Of a stretch of DNA of 64,000 nt, positions 1 through 12,355 are shown piece by piece (position 1 is the first letter of the stretch; each line of letters starts with the position of its first letter). The DNA comes from Curvularia clavata (Eukaryota): the NCBI GenBank assembly GCA_023920165.1, contig CP089274.1:3224001-3288000 (forward strand), in the 5' to 3' direction. Position numbers and translations under genes: made by a program. The notes under the pieces were generated by a model. The model did not search any database. It was given only the letters and a program-made list of their open reading frames with translations, and had not been told where the DNA came from.

Positions 1-1014
1 AAACTACCAGGACTACCTTCTTGGCGTACAAAGCGTCGTGCTAGACCCGAAGGACCGTCTCTGGATTCTCGACACAGGACGTTCCCTAACACCCGATGGC
101 GTACTCGTTCCCGCATCCCCAGGAGGTCCCAAGCTGGTAGGCGTCGATATTTCCAGCAACACCGTGATCCAAACCATCGTCTTCCCTCCCACCGTTGCAT
201 TCCCAACCTCATACCTCAACGATGTGAGATTCGACCTGCGCCCCAGCGTCACCGCATCAGGCAAAGGTGTAGCCTACATTACCGACTCCTCCAGCGAAGG
301 CCGCAACGGCATTGTCATCGTGGACCTCGGTACAGGCGAAAGCTGGCGCCATCTCGACGGCATCAGCGAAGTGCGCGCCGAACGGGGTTTTGTGCCTTAC
401 GTATGGGGACAACCGCTCTACTACATCCCTGGTCCGGACCAGCCACTCACTACCGTTCCCCTGGGCAGCGATGGCATCGCACTGTCCGCATCCGGCGAGG
501 ACCTGTACTTTGGGCCCGTCGGCGGCAGATCATTATATAGTATCTCCACTGAGCGCCTGCGTGACCGCAGCCAAAGCTCCGAGTTGCTTGCTCAGGCTGC
601 GGTGCAGCGTCGGGGTGAGAGGGGCGTGAGCGACGGGTTTGAGACGGACACGAATGGCTTTATCTACGCGGGTAACATGGAGCAGAATGAGATTGGGTTT
701 TATAACCCGAAGAATGCCTCTATGACGCTTTTTGTTAGGGATCCGAGGATTAGTTGGGTTGATACTAGTGAGTTTTCTTCTTTCGTTTGGATATCCTTCT
801 ATTTCTTTTTAGTGCTTTTGTTGTCTGTGGAACCAACACCTGCTAACCAGAGAAAACTGCAGTGTCCGTAGGAAGCGATGGCTATCTCTACTTTACCGAC
901 AACCAGCTTGCGTTTAGCTCGTCGTTCTACCCGGGGACAGACCGCAGAGAGAGGCCTTTTGTCCTGTTTAGGGCGCCGCTGCCGAATAACGGGTCTAGAG
1001 TATTTCTGCAGTAG
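1..1014 (+). CDS. Major royal jelly protein/yellow family beta-propeller protein, 5' truncated by window edge; intron 768-862
   Basis: Motifs RLWILDTG, YLNDVRFD, AYITDS, DGIALS, SDG; donor GTGAGT at 768, branch GCTAAC, acceptor CTGCAG at 862; spliced exon reads MSVGSDGYLYFTDNQL...VFLQ* (TAG 1012-1014). Confidence 0.85.
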
Positions 1015-1118
1015 AGACTAGGGGTAATATAATATGCAATCGATAATCGATTAATTGTAAGGACTCTTCACTACTTAATCTAAAAGGATAATGGAGTTCA
1101 TTCTGTACGCTGCGCATC

Positions 1119-2336
1119 CTACGTTCTTCCAAAGACAAAAATGCCCTTGCCATCCCTATACCCCTCCAAAGTATCTTTAACCTTCGCTATAAGCTCATCT
1201 CCCTTTGTATCCCACTCCCACTTGATCTCATCTACCGGCACATCTTTAAATTCACCCTTCCTCGTCATATCCAGCACATCAGCCACCGTCTTCTGCTTCT
1301 CCTCTGGATTCTTGTCCGCCCACCTGCTTACCCAGAAGCCGTGGAAATGGATATCCTTGAAGATGAGCATCGACGCAGGGATCGTAAGTGGTTGCTTAGA
1401 CATGGCGCCATAGGTGACAAAGTGTGCGGATGAAGACAGGAGTTTGGCCATTGCTGTTGCTGCTTTGCCATTTACACAGTTGAGTGCGAGACGGATGGAT
1501 TCGCGACCGCCATTTGTCCATTCCTTAGCCTGGTCCTTTATGCTTTGCGACTGCAATTCCGCATCTGTAATGACGACGTCTGCGCCGAGATCTTGCAGCT
1601 CCTTCTTCATGGCTTCTTCTTTGCTCTTGTCATCGCGGGCGCGAATCACGTTCATGCTCTTGTAGCCCCATTTCTTACCGAGCTGGATGGCTGCGCGGCC
1701 AACGCCAGAGTTTGCGCCGTTTTGGATGAACCAGTCTCCTTCAGAGAGGATGGTGAAGTCACGCAGCATGCGATAAGCGGTGCATGGGTTGACGGAGACG
1801 GTTCCGGCCTGGATGGCGGTGATGCCTTCGCGCATCTGCTCGTCTAGTTTTACCACGTCATTGGTGGTGGCGCTGGCATGTGTACGCCATGTTCCGAAGC
1901 CAGGACCTTTCATGAATACCCAGTCGCCTTTCTTGAAGCCTTCCTTCTTCACGCCCTCGCCCAATGCAATAATCTCTGCTACGCCCTCATTTCCAGCTAC
2001 TGCAATTGGATTCGGGGTACTGAGGTCGGTTGTGAATCTGGGTTTCGAAGGGTAGACGCCTTGGATCTGGTTGATGTCGGCGGGGTTTATGGGTGACGCC
2101 AGGAACCGTATGGTCATGAGATTGCTATGCGGCGGCGAGATGGAGTGGGTATGGAGGGAGAGGACGGATGGAGGCTCGCCATATTCGGAAAATGTGAGGG
2201 CTTTGGCTTGCTCATAGCCATACGCAGAGATATAGCGACGCTGCGGGAGTCGCGACAGTGCCGGCGCAAGGTTTTGTGAGCGGCGGAGGCACGATTGCAC
2301 TACCTGTGGAGACGATGCGGTTAATCTCGAAGCCAT
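1119..2336 (-). CDS. ETR1: Mitochondrial trans-2-enoyl thioester reductase (ETR1/MECR, MDR superfamily)
   Basis: ASPINPADINQIQGVYP, GNEG, VNPCTAYRML, QNGANSGVG, TYGAMSKQP motifs; Arg/Ser-rich N-terminal presequence from ATG 2336. Confidence 0.92.
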   Translation of the reverse strand: MASRLTASSPQVVQSCLRRSQNLAPALSRLPQRRYISAYGYEQAKALTFSEYGEPPSVLSLHTHSISPPHSNLMTIRFLASPINPADINQIQGVYPSKPRFTTDLSTPNPIAVAGNEGVAEIIALGEGVKKEGFKKGDWVFMKGPGFGTWRTHASATTNDVVKLDEQMREGITAIQAGTVSVNPCTAYRMLRDFTILSEGDWFIQNGANSGVGRAAIQLGKKWGYKSMNVIRARDDKSKEEAMKKELQDLGADVVITDAELQSQSIKDQAKEWTNGGRESIRLALNCVNGKAATAMAKLLSSSAHFVTYGAMSKQPLTIPASMLIFKDIHFHGFWVSRWADKNPEEKQKTVADVLDMTRKGEFKDVPVDEIKWEWDTKGDELIAKVKDTLEGYRDGKGIFVFGRT

Positions 2337-2994
2337 TGTTGGTATTGGATTGGATTGGATGGAAATGGACACCTCAGAAGTCTCAGGCGGTGATCGCGCA
2401 AGGTACTTTTGGAGATACGGAGCTATGACGTTAGCCTAAGCCGAGGTTTGGTGGAGCAATGGGGCTTCATCATAGTAATAGTCATTCTATGGCCTGACCA
2501 ACATGAAAACATTCCTTGTTGTAATCCACAACAGAGTTGTTCCACTGGAAAATTCACCCAATAAAGACAGCAACTCCCAAATTGCCGCATCAAGGTTGCG
2601 GTAAATCTGGACCTGCTCACTCGGCATCAATAGCTTCGGGCGGGTTTAAGCGTATGTAGTTTTGTGCATAGCTCGCATCTCTAGCCGCATAGGAAGAATC
2701 CATATGTGGCAGTGCAATTTCACATGAAAGCCAGTTGATACGCGGTGCGGCGTTTCGTGAATGTTCGCGGTCACGGCCCGTCCTCTATACGCCACTAGCA
2801 CCGCCCCACTGCGTCATCGCCCCATGCGTCGTCAGGCTGCGCCCCTCACTGAGCTGATTTCCTGCACCCCTCACTACTCTACAAATACCCCTGGCAATAC
2901 CCGTCTTCTACCATACACTCAACCTCACTGTACTCTAGCTACATTCCACACCTCCATCCAATATCTTCCCAACAACAACAACACATCCATCATC

Positions 2995-3765
2995 ATGGCT
3001 GCCACCATCAACGTCGAGAACATTTCCATGAAGACGAGCGAGGAGGAGATTAAGAGCTTCTTCAGCTTCTGTGGAAAGATCCAGACTCTCAGCGTAAAGC
3101 CCACCGGCGACGACACACAGTCCGCCTCTGTCACCTTTGAAAAGGCCGCGGCCGCAAAGACGGCCCTTCTTCTCGACAACACTCAGCTCGGACCCAACTC
3201 TGTACACGTCACTGCCGCTAAGAGTCTCGACGAGCTTGCCGGCGATAAGTCTGCCTCTGCCGAAGAGGCCAAGGACGGCGACCACCACATCGAGCAGGAG
3301 CAGAAGCCCCGCGCACGCATCGTTGCCGAGTACCTCGCCCACGGCTATGCCATTTCAGACAAGGCCATTGAGCGCGCCCTGGCCGCCGACAAGCAGAACG
3401 GCTACAGCACCAAGTTTATGAGCTTCATCAACAACGTCGACAAGAAGACTCAGGCTACCCAGAAGGCTCAGATTGTGGACCAGAAGCTCGGCGTTACAAA
3501 CAAGGGCTATGCTGCTTTCAACACATTGACCAGCTACTTCGACAAGGCTGCCTCAACACCTACTGGCCAGAAGCTTCGTGCTTTCTACGAGCAGGGTAAC
3601 AAGACTGTTATGGACGTGCACAACGAGGCAAGGCACTTGGCCAACCTCAAGAAGCAGAAGGCTGAGGAGGGTGCTCCTGCCACCACTGCAGAAGGCAGCG
3701 AGAAGCCCAAGGAGCCTGTGAGCGAGAAGGTTGGAGAAGCCACCGCTACTGCCCCTACTTCCTAA
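2995..3765 (+). CDS. RRM-domain protein, Vip1-like
   Basis: N-terminal RRM (VENIS...FFSFCGKI...VTFEK...AKTALLL), EQEQKPRARIVAEYLAHGY motif; highly biased codons; ATG at 2995. Confidence 0.8.
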   Translation: MAATINVENISMKTSEEEIKSFFSFCGKIQTLSVKPTGDDTQSASVTFEKAAAAKTALLLDNTQLGPNSVHVTAAKSLDELAGDKSASAEEAKDGDHHIEQEQKPRARIVAEYLAHGYAISDKAIERALAADKQNGYSTKFMSFINNVDKKTQATQKAQIVDQKLGVTNKGYAAFNTLTSYFDKAASTPTGQKLRAFYEQGNKTVMDVHNEARHLANLKKQKAEEGAPATTAEGSEKPKEPVSEKVGEATATAPTS

Positions 3766-4115
3766 ATAAATACTCTTCTTTTTTCGGAGGAGAATGGTGC
3801 GCCTTTTTTTCTTCTTGACGATACCTACATGGTTTACAGTATTATGAATACTTGCGCGTATGATACCGACGACACAAGCACGGAGTTTGGGATGAACATG
3901 GTCTGGGCAGTCTAATTCGAAACAATAAATCAATTCAGTTTGCCCTCAATGTGATTTCTTGGCTAGTTCTTGATGCAACAACCATTCATTATGCGTCTTT
4001 TCAACAGAAAACAATGAAAGCCACGTGAAGTCCAAAACCAATTGCTGGAGAACATCTGAAACAGACACAAACAATAACGCTCGCCGTCCTGTAAACAAAA
4101 CACTCCTCTAAACAT

Positions 4116-5879
4116 CTAGTATCCCCACTCACCACCCTCTAGCAAACTCTGACTAGCCACAAAGCTAAAACCACCAAACGGATTGTTGTTCTGACTCTCA
4201 AACAGCGAATCGTCAAACTTCTTAGTCAACACGGGGCTCAGCGGCAGATCCGTGAAGTCCTGGGCAAAATTCTCCGCCAACTCCGGGTCCGTAATAAGCG
4301 GTTGAATTGGGGGTTCCATCTCCCTTGCCTCCAGCTTCTTCCAGTCAATCTTGCGGAAAAAGCGATGTTTCTTGATCGTCTGGAGATCCTTGGACATGTT
4401 GAAGCCGAGGCGTTTCTTGGGGTCCTTGCGCAGGAGGCGGGTGAGCAGATCCTTTGCATCAGCGCTGAGATAGTAAGGCAGCGAGAGTTTCTGCTTCACG
4501 ATTTTCTCCTGGATCTTGGCATTGTTGTTACCCGTGAAAGGGGGTGAGCCGGTCAAAAGGTCGAAGCCGAGAGCACCGAGGGACCACCAGTCTACTGCTG
4601 CGCCGTATTCGAGGCCTTGAACTACTTCAGGCGCCATGTATTCTACTGTACCGAGGAAAGAGCGGCAGGGGTTGTCCTCGTCGAGAGTGACTTTGCTAAG
4701 ACCGAAATCTGTGAGCAGGAGATGGCCTTCGGAGTCTAGGAGACAATTCTCAGGCTTCAGGTCGCGGTATATGACGCCGACGGTACGGTGCAGGTGGTCG
4801 AGAGCGAGCACCATTTCAGCCATGTAAAACGCGGCTACATCCTCGGAGAACATGCGTTCAGCGGCAAGGTGGTGGAAAAGCTCGCCGCCTTGTGCATACT
4901 CGAGGATGAGATATAACTTCTCCTGGTCCTGGAAAGCGTAGTAAAAGTTGACGATGAATGGGTAGCGGTTCACGCTCTCCAGGACATTGCGCTCCGTCTT
5001 GGTCTGTTCGATAAGCTTCTTGTGGACAGTGATCGAAGCCTTCTTGAACTGCTTCTGCGCAAAAAGACGGCCCGTTGCACGTTGCCTGACTAGCAGAACA
5101 GTGCCATAACTACCTTTCCCTAGGCACATCAGAGGCTCAAAGTCTTCGGCCGTCATCTTGCGTGCCACGCCATTGTTCAGCATAGTCGACGTCTTAGACA
5201 GAGCATCAGCGCTAAAGTCCTCAGCGTTGAGATCAATCTCATAGCTCTCCATCTCCGTGCGGTCACTGTCGCTCTCGCGTCCAGATATGCTGGTGTTGCT
5301 AGACAAGTGCGATGCGACCCGGCTCATAGGGACACCTTTTCCAGCAGCGTCTTTCATGGGGGAATCGCTCCTGTTGCCTAGGTTCAAGGCTTCCAGCTGG
5401 GCTTTGAGACTGCTGATCCCTCCCATGGTGGACTGTGGTCGCAGCGCAGGACTACTGGTGACGCTGGGAAGCCCAGAGCGGACTGGTCCGAAGCGCGGCG
5501 TGCTCGTGATAGAGTAGTCGGACTCTTCTCCGCCAGATGTGACGGGCGTGTGAAAGCCACGGGTGACATTTGTAGCCTGTAGGCCTGCACTTGGTCCCTT
5601 CTTCTTCTTTCTCTTGTTCTTCTGAGCCTTCTTCATGACCGCTTCGAAATCCAACTTTTCTGGTCCTAGTTGCTTGGCCTCAGGGTTGGGCTGTGCGCTG
5701 CGCTTTGGCATAGGGCTGACGATATTGATCGGCGGGGTCCCGACGTGGAGGGGCACCCTTGGAGGGCTCATATCCATTTCCGCTAGAGTGAACATGTCGT
5801 CGTTTGGCGCGGTAGGCTCCGAGTTCTGAGGAACCTTGCCTGGGAGGTGCGCATCGTCATGATCGAATGCGAAAACCAT
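4116..5879 (-). CDS. AGC-family Ser/Thr kinase, Psk1/Ypk3 (S6K-like)
   Basis: GKGSYG loop, YRDLKPEN, DFG, GTVEYMAPE, AGC C-tail with hydrophobic motif FGGFSFVA. Confidence 0.9.
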   Translation of the reverse strand: MVFAFDHDDAHLPGKVPQNSEPTAPNDDMFTLAEMDMSPPRVPLHVGTPPINIVSPMPKRSAQPNPEAKQLGPEKLDFEAVMKKAQKNKRKKKKGPSAGLQATNVTRGFHTPVTSGGEESDYSITSTPRFGPVRSGLPSVTSSPALRPQSTMGGISSLKAQLEALNLGNRSDSPMKDAAGKGVPMSRVASHLSSNTSISGRESDSDRTEMESYEIDLNAEDFSADALSKTSTMLNNGVARKMTAEDFEPLMCLGKGSYGTVLLVRQRATGRLFAQKQFKKASITVHKKLIEQTKTERNVLESVNRYPFIVNFYYAFQDQEKLYLILEYAQGGELFHHLAAERMFSEDVAAFYMAEMVLALDHLHRTVGVIYRDLKPENCLLDSEGHLLLTDFGLSKVTLDEDNPCRSFLGTVEYMAPEVVQGLEYGAAVDWWSLGALGFDLLTGSPPFTGNNNAKIQEKIVKQKLSLPYYLSADAKDLLTRLLRKDPKKRLGFNMSKDLQTIKKHRFFRKIDWKKLEAREMEPPIQPLITDPELAENFAQDFTDLPLSPVLTKKFDDSLFESQNNNPFGGFSFVASQSLLEGGEWGY

Positions 5880-7117
5880 GCTGACGGTAAATGAGGGGTA
5901 ATAAAATGTAGACTTTCTTGCGCTCTAGATTGCGCTCAGGTTCTGGGCATTTGAATTAGTATTTTGTATCTCCTCGAGTAAGGAATCCGCGCACATCCAA
6001 TCCCAGACTTGGGTAGCCCACAATCTATGCCCGCCGCGAAGATTCACGGCGGAACGCCCACCCCTACTTGTCGGACAAGGGACGCGAAAGAAGCGTCCGT
6101 CTTATTTAGGCCTGAGCTCAATGCGCTATAGGGAAAGAAGGAGCCAACTGCGGTAAGCTGGGCAGTAAGGAGAGAGACGTTCGCGGCGGGAGAAGCAGAG
6201 CCCATAGATGGTCGTGTTGGAGTACTGGAAATGGTGAATGTCGAAGCCAGGTATGCGGTCCTGGCAGGAATTGTACGCTCGTGGGTGTGTCGCGGTGCAA
6301 GGGAAAAATCGCGCTTGAAGAGGGTGTTGGAGGAAAGGTCAGCGATCAGCGGGAGAGGCTCAAATGCCCGGATTCTTAATTTGGTGCCTTGGCGGGCTAT
6401 TTGCGGTGGCATGTGAATGACCTAACCGCTTAAGTGGTCACCCGGCCCCGGATTCCCATCTCCACAAACTCGCGGAGCCGTACCTCGTGCAAGATCGACT
6501 GCCCAGCATGTTTCCTGGCCGTCACAAGCTTTATGCGCTGGCTTGATGGACTACCCGCCTCACTACAACGCATCGAAACTGAGACGCGATCCAGAAGCAC
6601 TCGACAAAGGAATCTCAGGCTATTACTTTGAAACCTGCCCAAAGGAGATAGCCCCCTTCTCCCAGCGCTTTTCTCTGTAAGCGATGTGTTAAGATTGCCA
6701 GCACAGTCAGCCAGCCACCCGGGTTGTAGCGGCATGACGGGCCCAGCCTTAATGTAGGGGGTGGCAGCGGCTCCAAACAAGAGGCCCCTGTCTGTTCCAA
6801 CAAACAGGACAGCACACCACGGCGCAACACAGTATGACGCATTCCATTCCACAAGACACAGCTTAAGTTTCGCCCTATTTGCACGCGAAATCATTCGGCT
6901 AGTCTGGAACCCGCAAGGGCACAATCACTCTTTCGCTTGTGAAGCGAAGATCATTACCCGAGGTTAAGTGGACCACGGATATTGCTACTGGTATCGCGGC
7001 CCGTCATATTTAGGGCATGGTCGCTAGATATTACACCACCTCTCTATCCAAGCAGCTTGGGTAGCATGCATTTATAGCCGGGAATATATACGTTAAGAAT
7101 ATCTTCTTTTCCATCAA

Positions 7118-7189
7118 GCCTTCCTAGCTCAGTGGTAGAGCGCGTCACTAGTAATGACGAGGTCGTCAGTTCAATTCTGGCGGAAGGCA
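7118..7189 (+). tRNA. tRNA-Thr(AGT), intronless
   Basis: Acceptor stem GCCTTCC/GGAAGGC, D arm TAGCTCAGTGGTAGAGC, anticodon arm CGTCA-CT-AGT-AA-TGACG, T-loop GTTCAATT; oligo-T Pol III terminator at ~7200-7205. Confidence 0.95.
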
Positions 7190-7443
7190 GCGAATCATCT
7201 TTTTTGCTTTTCTCCGCGAGTACTGTACAGATGTCGTGGATTGCCAGTCTTGTAACAAACCGAGTTTTGTGATTTAGCTTTTTTTTGTTGATTTGTTTTC
7301 CAACATGGCACAGTTTCAGGGGCTTGAAATATACAAAGAAGTAAGTAAGCCGTGGTGTCTTGATCTCTGCACTGAATAGCACATGCACCGAGAGTTATGA
7401 GGACTATGGTTGACACGTAAATTACTATTGGAATGCAATACTA

Positions 7444-7473
7444 CATTGAAGTTCATTGAAGTTCATTGAAGTT
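7444..7473. repeat. Tandem repeat (CATTGAAGTT)x3
   Basis: Three exact 10-nt copies read directly. Confidence 0.9.
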
Positions 7474-8892
7474 AACCTTCTTACCCTCCTTTTATTTACT
7501 GAACGTCACTTCACATTACGTCCACATACTGAGTGAATTACACAGTGAGTTCTGGTAGTTTATTCGAGACTAGGATGTCAGCCTAGGAACTGTGTCACTG
7601 TCAGCAGATTCTTTGACTGAGGCCTAGGACTAAGAAAATTTCATGGTTGACAAAGCGGCATTACCATATGGGCAGTAACCAACCAGTAAGGCTGGGTCTA
7701 TCACGTCCCTAAAGGATCATATGGGCTCTGAACACTATAATGTGCATAGTAAGCATGCTTGGCTCGACCATTGGGTGCATAAAAAGCAAAAATGGCGCGC
7801 ATGGCGTGTCCCATCATGGCCTAGTTAAGACTCCATAGGGCAGTGCGTATTTCTGGCCCCCGACTCTGGGCAACCGCTTCCTCAAGGAGCTACTTGGCCG
7901 CGATCTGTCTTACCCTCTTAAAAAAGACATTGCTACATATGAGTCCGCATTTCATGCGACTCGACTGGTAAGTGCCCACAACAAGAGGCGTTGTTTCACA
8001 CGAGTGAAGACCCATAAATTCTTGGCCACGACAGACACTACCTCGAGTAGTCACTGTATATAACGACGAATACAAAAATAGACACCCTTTAATCCCGATC
8101 GCTCTGATCTCATAAACGGGACGAGCCGACGGCCAACTAATCTCAATGGAGAACTCGTGTGCCGGTGTCGATCGCTCGATCTGCTACTAACGAGACTTCC
8201 AGTGCCGGCATATATAGAACCCCTAACGAGCATGGTCCGTTGATACTACTGTCTGTCTGGGTCAGCATCACTACTATACTCAGATTAACTGTTGTGTAAC
8301 CTTGGCCGATCTTCACTCAAAAGGAGACGCCAAGCGGTCGAAGGTCAGTAGTACAGCAAATCACAAGCATAGCTCCAGTTTGTAGGAATCCCATGATGAC
8401 TTCGGACTTCATCTTCCCGTATTCAGAATCCCATTTTGGCGCAAACGGATAGACATCCTTCGCGCAGCATGCGATCAGCTTACAACCTCCATCACTGCTA
8501 GCTCAAGGCCTACCTATTCATGGCGCACCCATATCCCATTGATACGAGGCCATGGAGAATTCTGCCATTCTTAATGGGCAAGATGACCAACAATGGCGGG
8601 GAACCAACATCTTCCAAGTCTTCAAATCGGCGACAATGAGCCGGATCAAGGCAATGCTAAGCCTGTATGGATCTGGGCACTTCAGCAGGCTCACCGGTAA
8701 TCATCGATGATTTCTGATGGATGAACGGCTAGTTTGTAGAGAATAGGAAGAATGGGAGTGTATAAAAGGATGCTGCTCATAGGCAGTGAAAGGCTCATCA
8801 AGCCCTATCGTCAAACAGCATTGTCACTTCGTCTTTATAACTATCCTTCGCTAGCAGTCCCCCTCGAGCCAACCTATCGCTCTTCTATCATA

Positions 8893-9259
8893 ATGCATTT
8901 TTCCACCATCGCTGTCTCTGCCCTCATGGGCCTCGCCGCTGCCTCCCCCAATGCTCTCACTAGGCGCGAGAACCAGGCCACCACCAAAGCTATTCAATTT
9001 GCTGTCAAGCAAGCAGACTGTGACCTCTTTGGCTGTGCCGCTGTTATTGGAGCAGCCGCTTGCATTGTTGCTGCTATCCCCCTCGGTGCTGCTGGCGTTG
9101 GCCCAGCCTTGGCTTGCGTCTCTGGTGGTGCCGCTTCAGTAAGACGATGACTGTTTTACTATATACGAGTGCTAACTATGAAAGCTCTGCCCCTGTGCTC
9201 CTTGCATCGACGCTCTCAATGACTTCTTGGTTGACAACAACATCTGCCCTTCGGAGTAG
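8893..9259 (+). CDS. Small secreted 8-Cys protein (106 aa), fungal calcium-binding protein (CBP)-like; intron 9139-9184
   Basis: Signal peptide MHFSTIAVSALMGLAAA, dibasic RR, CDLFGC...AACI...LAC...CPCAPC...IC; GTAAGA donor, GCTAAC branch, AAAG acceptor; TATAAAA at ~8761. Confidence 0.8.
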
Positions 9260-10666
9260 ATATGTTACGTATAGGGTCTACTTTTGGTGAAATAAGTATG
9301 ATCAGGTATATTGAAGGAAGAAAAGACACATGACGTTAAGCTTGCAATGTTTGACTTGGACGAGGAAGTTTGCCTGCGTGAGCAATCATTTCGCCTATCT
9401 TCTTAGTGCGTACTTTCGTTCCCTCAGCAATGAAAATCGCTGGCCAGCATCATAGCTTCCGCATACTTGTTTGTTGTGACGAGGTCGACTACATCTGCTT
9501 AATAGCCTGGCTTGCGTGTCCGAAGAACATGTGTATAAGTGAATGTAGTAGAGTTGGATAACCATCAGGCCTAATTGAGTGTTGAAAAATCCCACCAAGC
9601 CCCTAGACTAGACAAAAAGCATGAGAATGCAGCCACGGTAAATTGTAAGCAAAGTCGACGCATCATACAAAATGGAAAGAGCAAAGTATACCAGAAAACA
9701 AAGAAAAGCTTATCCTATTCCACAAAGACCCCTTCAAAGCCCGGCTCAGCTTGCCGTGGCGTTTTTGTTTTTCTATTCAATAGATCGCAGCCACAAGCTT
9801 TACGAATCCGGTTCAGACCGTTTCTTCTCTCGGCATCAACTTCCACTTCAGCCCGCCTTCTCGATCTATTGTCGCCACTATGGACATCTACGGCTGTCTG
9901 CTTAACTATACCATTTCAAGATACTCCAGTGTGTCTCTTGCAATGATTGTACAAGCGGACTGCGCTTAGTACAACCTACTGCCTCAACTCCTTCACTGTA
10001 TGTTAACGTCTCCCGCTAAGGGGAGCCCTTCCATCAATCGCGCGTCCAAGCATAGACTACATATCCAGACCAACGCCACACGGACTGTGCAGCGTCAAAC
10101 TAGATGCCAAGCGGGCAGGTCATAAATCCCCGAGACATCGCTAACAAGAGTTTCCAAGCAAAGCTTATTTTTTTTTTCGCCATGTAGAAAAGTATCGTTC
10201 CAGAACGCGTGTAATGAATGGAGAAAAACAACCCTCCACATTATGCTTTTACAGCTCCAAGGTGGAGAGACTAGTGGCGTACCCGTTCCACCGATGAACG
10301 TGCCGACTTCTACTCAGCTAACACAACAACAATGTTGGTAATTAACAAGACATTAGCAGTACACAGGTGAGGGCAAAGAGGATAAAGCATGTCTAGGGCT
10401 GTAACAATTGCACTTTGTACAACGAGAACGAGTATGGTTAAGAACTAGGTTTATTTGCTTGCACTATTACCTCGTAACGGTCGTCAAACGGAACGCGTCT
10501 GCCGCTCTCGTATTGCTACAATAAACAAAATTTTGTACAAATACATTCACCCTTTTAAACCAAGAAAACACAAATCTGCCCAAGGCATTTTGAGGCAAAA
10601 AGACGTAGTCCTTAGTAATGGCAAAGATGGTTGGTTCAGCACAGTAGGCGAGCGGGCAATCCTAAT

Positions 10667-12355
10667 TTAAGTGCATTTGCCGAATCCAGGCTGGCAGCCA
10701 GTACCGCAGTAGGCGGTGGTGCTACCGCACCAGCCCGCAGAGCTGCAGCAGTTTCCGAAAGTGGAGCCGGTGCATGTGAAGCCAGACTTTCCGCCGCAGG
10801 TGGCATCGGTGGACACCTTGAGGGTGCTAGTAGGCTTAGGCGAGGCAGTGGATTTGGATACAGCGCTGGACTTGGGTGTAGCAGCAGGAGTGGCCTTGTC
10901 GCCGCAGGTGCCAAAGCCAGACTGGCAGCCGGTACCGCAGTAGTCGGTGGTGCTGCCGCACCAGCCGGCAGAGCTGCAGCAGTTGCCAAAGGTGGATCCA
11001 GAGCATGTGCTAGAAAGAGTCAGTGTTGTAAAAGGAATATATTGGTTGAGGGGCTGGCTTACTATCCCTTGGTTCCGCCGCAAGTAGCGTCAGGGGAAAC
11101 CGTCTTAGCTCCAGTAGGAGCAGGAGCAGCGCTGGAAGATGTGGGGGTGGTGGCACCAGCGCCGTCAGCCTTGCGGTACCAGTTGTCGGCAGGATCACCA
11201 AGGCATTCACCAACGGTGACGGCCTTGTAGCCGAGTTGAGTAAGCGTAGAGAGCATGTACTCAGTCAGGTTCATGGCAGTCTGCTCATGAATGTCGTGAC
11301 CAATCTCAAGCCATTGGGAGCTAGCAGCTGGTCCAGAAGATACGTTGCCCTTGAAAACGTCCTTGGAGTACTGGATCAGCGTAGTTGAATCATGCTCGTA
11401 GTCATCCTAGATTCGTCAGCTTTTGTTTCAAAAAGAGAACTGTAAGGTACAACGTACAGTGTCCAAGTCAAAGTAAGTGACGTGGTAGCCAAGGTCAGCC
11501 AAGTCCTGCTCACATCCAGACTCAGCAGTGCAGCTAGAGTAAGGAGGACGCATGTAAGTAGGAATCTTGCCAACAATGTTGCGGAGAGCCATTTCGTTCT
11601 TGACCATCTGGGCGTGGCGGTCCTCCTTGGAGATGGCGCTCAAGTCCAAGTGAGTCCAAGTGTGCGAGGCGATCTGGTGGCCCTCGGCGTCCATACGCTT
11701 AATAACTTCGACATATTCAGGGGTGAGATCGATTTGGCCCTTGCCAATGTTGTTGCCAGTGATGAAGAAGGTAGCTTTGGCATTGTACGAGGCCATGACA
11801 TCGAGAATGTGACTGGTGAAGACCTTCTGAGGGCCGTCATCGTAAGTGATGGCAACAGTTCCTGGCTTGGTGCAGCTGTAGATGCCATTGCCACCATAGG
11901 GGACACTGCCCACCTTGGTACGGGCAACAGAAGAGGTGTCGGAGCCAGATGGTGTGGCGTTTTCTGGGCAAGCTGGGCCGTGTGCATAGTCACAGCCTGG
12001 GGAATAGCAGTAGTCGCTTCCGGTTCCGCAGTCTGTAATTCATTAGTCGGAAGTCTTAATGTGCAGTACGATTAAACATACATCCAGCGCCTGAGCAGCA
12101 CTGGCCAGCAGGGCAGTTGCCAATGCCAGTACCACACTGGCGATCATCCTGGCGGCGGATAATCTGCGTCTTGACATCGTTCTTGGGCTCGAGAAGCTCG
12201 TTGACACCAGTGAATCGCGCTCCAACACGAGAAAGCAAGTCACGGGCCTTGAGATCCCTTGGATTCAATCCGACAATGTTGGGAACACCTGTTCCATGGC
12301 CGCTAACAATGGGTGCGACGGCGACGACGGCCGCAAGAGCAGCAGAGTAGTGCAT
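10667..12355 (-). CDS. Secreted chitin deacetylase (CE4) with one N-terminal and two C-terminal CBM18/hevein domains; 3 introns
   Basis: Signal peptide; TYDDGP, HTWTH, RPPY CE4 motifs; hevein motifs CCSxxG(Y/W)CG; introns near 12033-12081, ~11407-11456, ~11010-11060. Confidence 0.9.

Noticed and set aside
6044..6924. ORFs upstream of the Psk1-like kinase (122 aa and 164 aa)
   Set aside because: No recognisable motifs or codon bias; likely promoter/5' UTR sequence, and a uORF role cannot be supported
7444..7473. (CATTGAAGTT)x3 as a heat-shock element or CRISPR-like repeat
   Set aside because: GAA/TTC spacing is not the canonical nGAAn array and there are no spacers; simple tandem repeat
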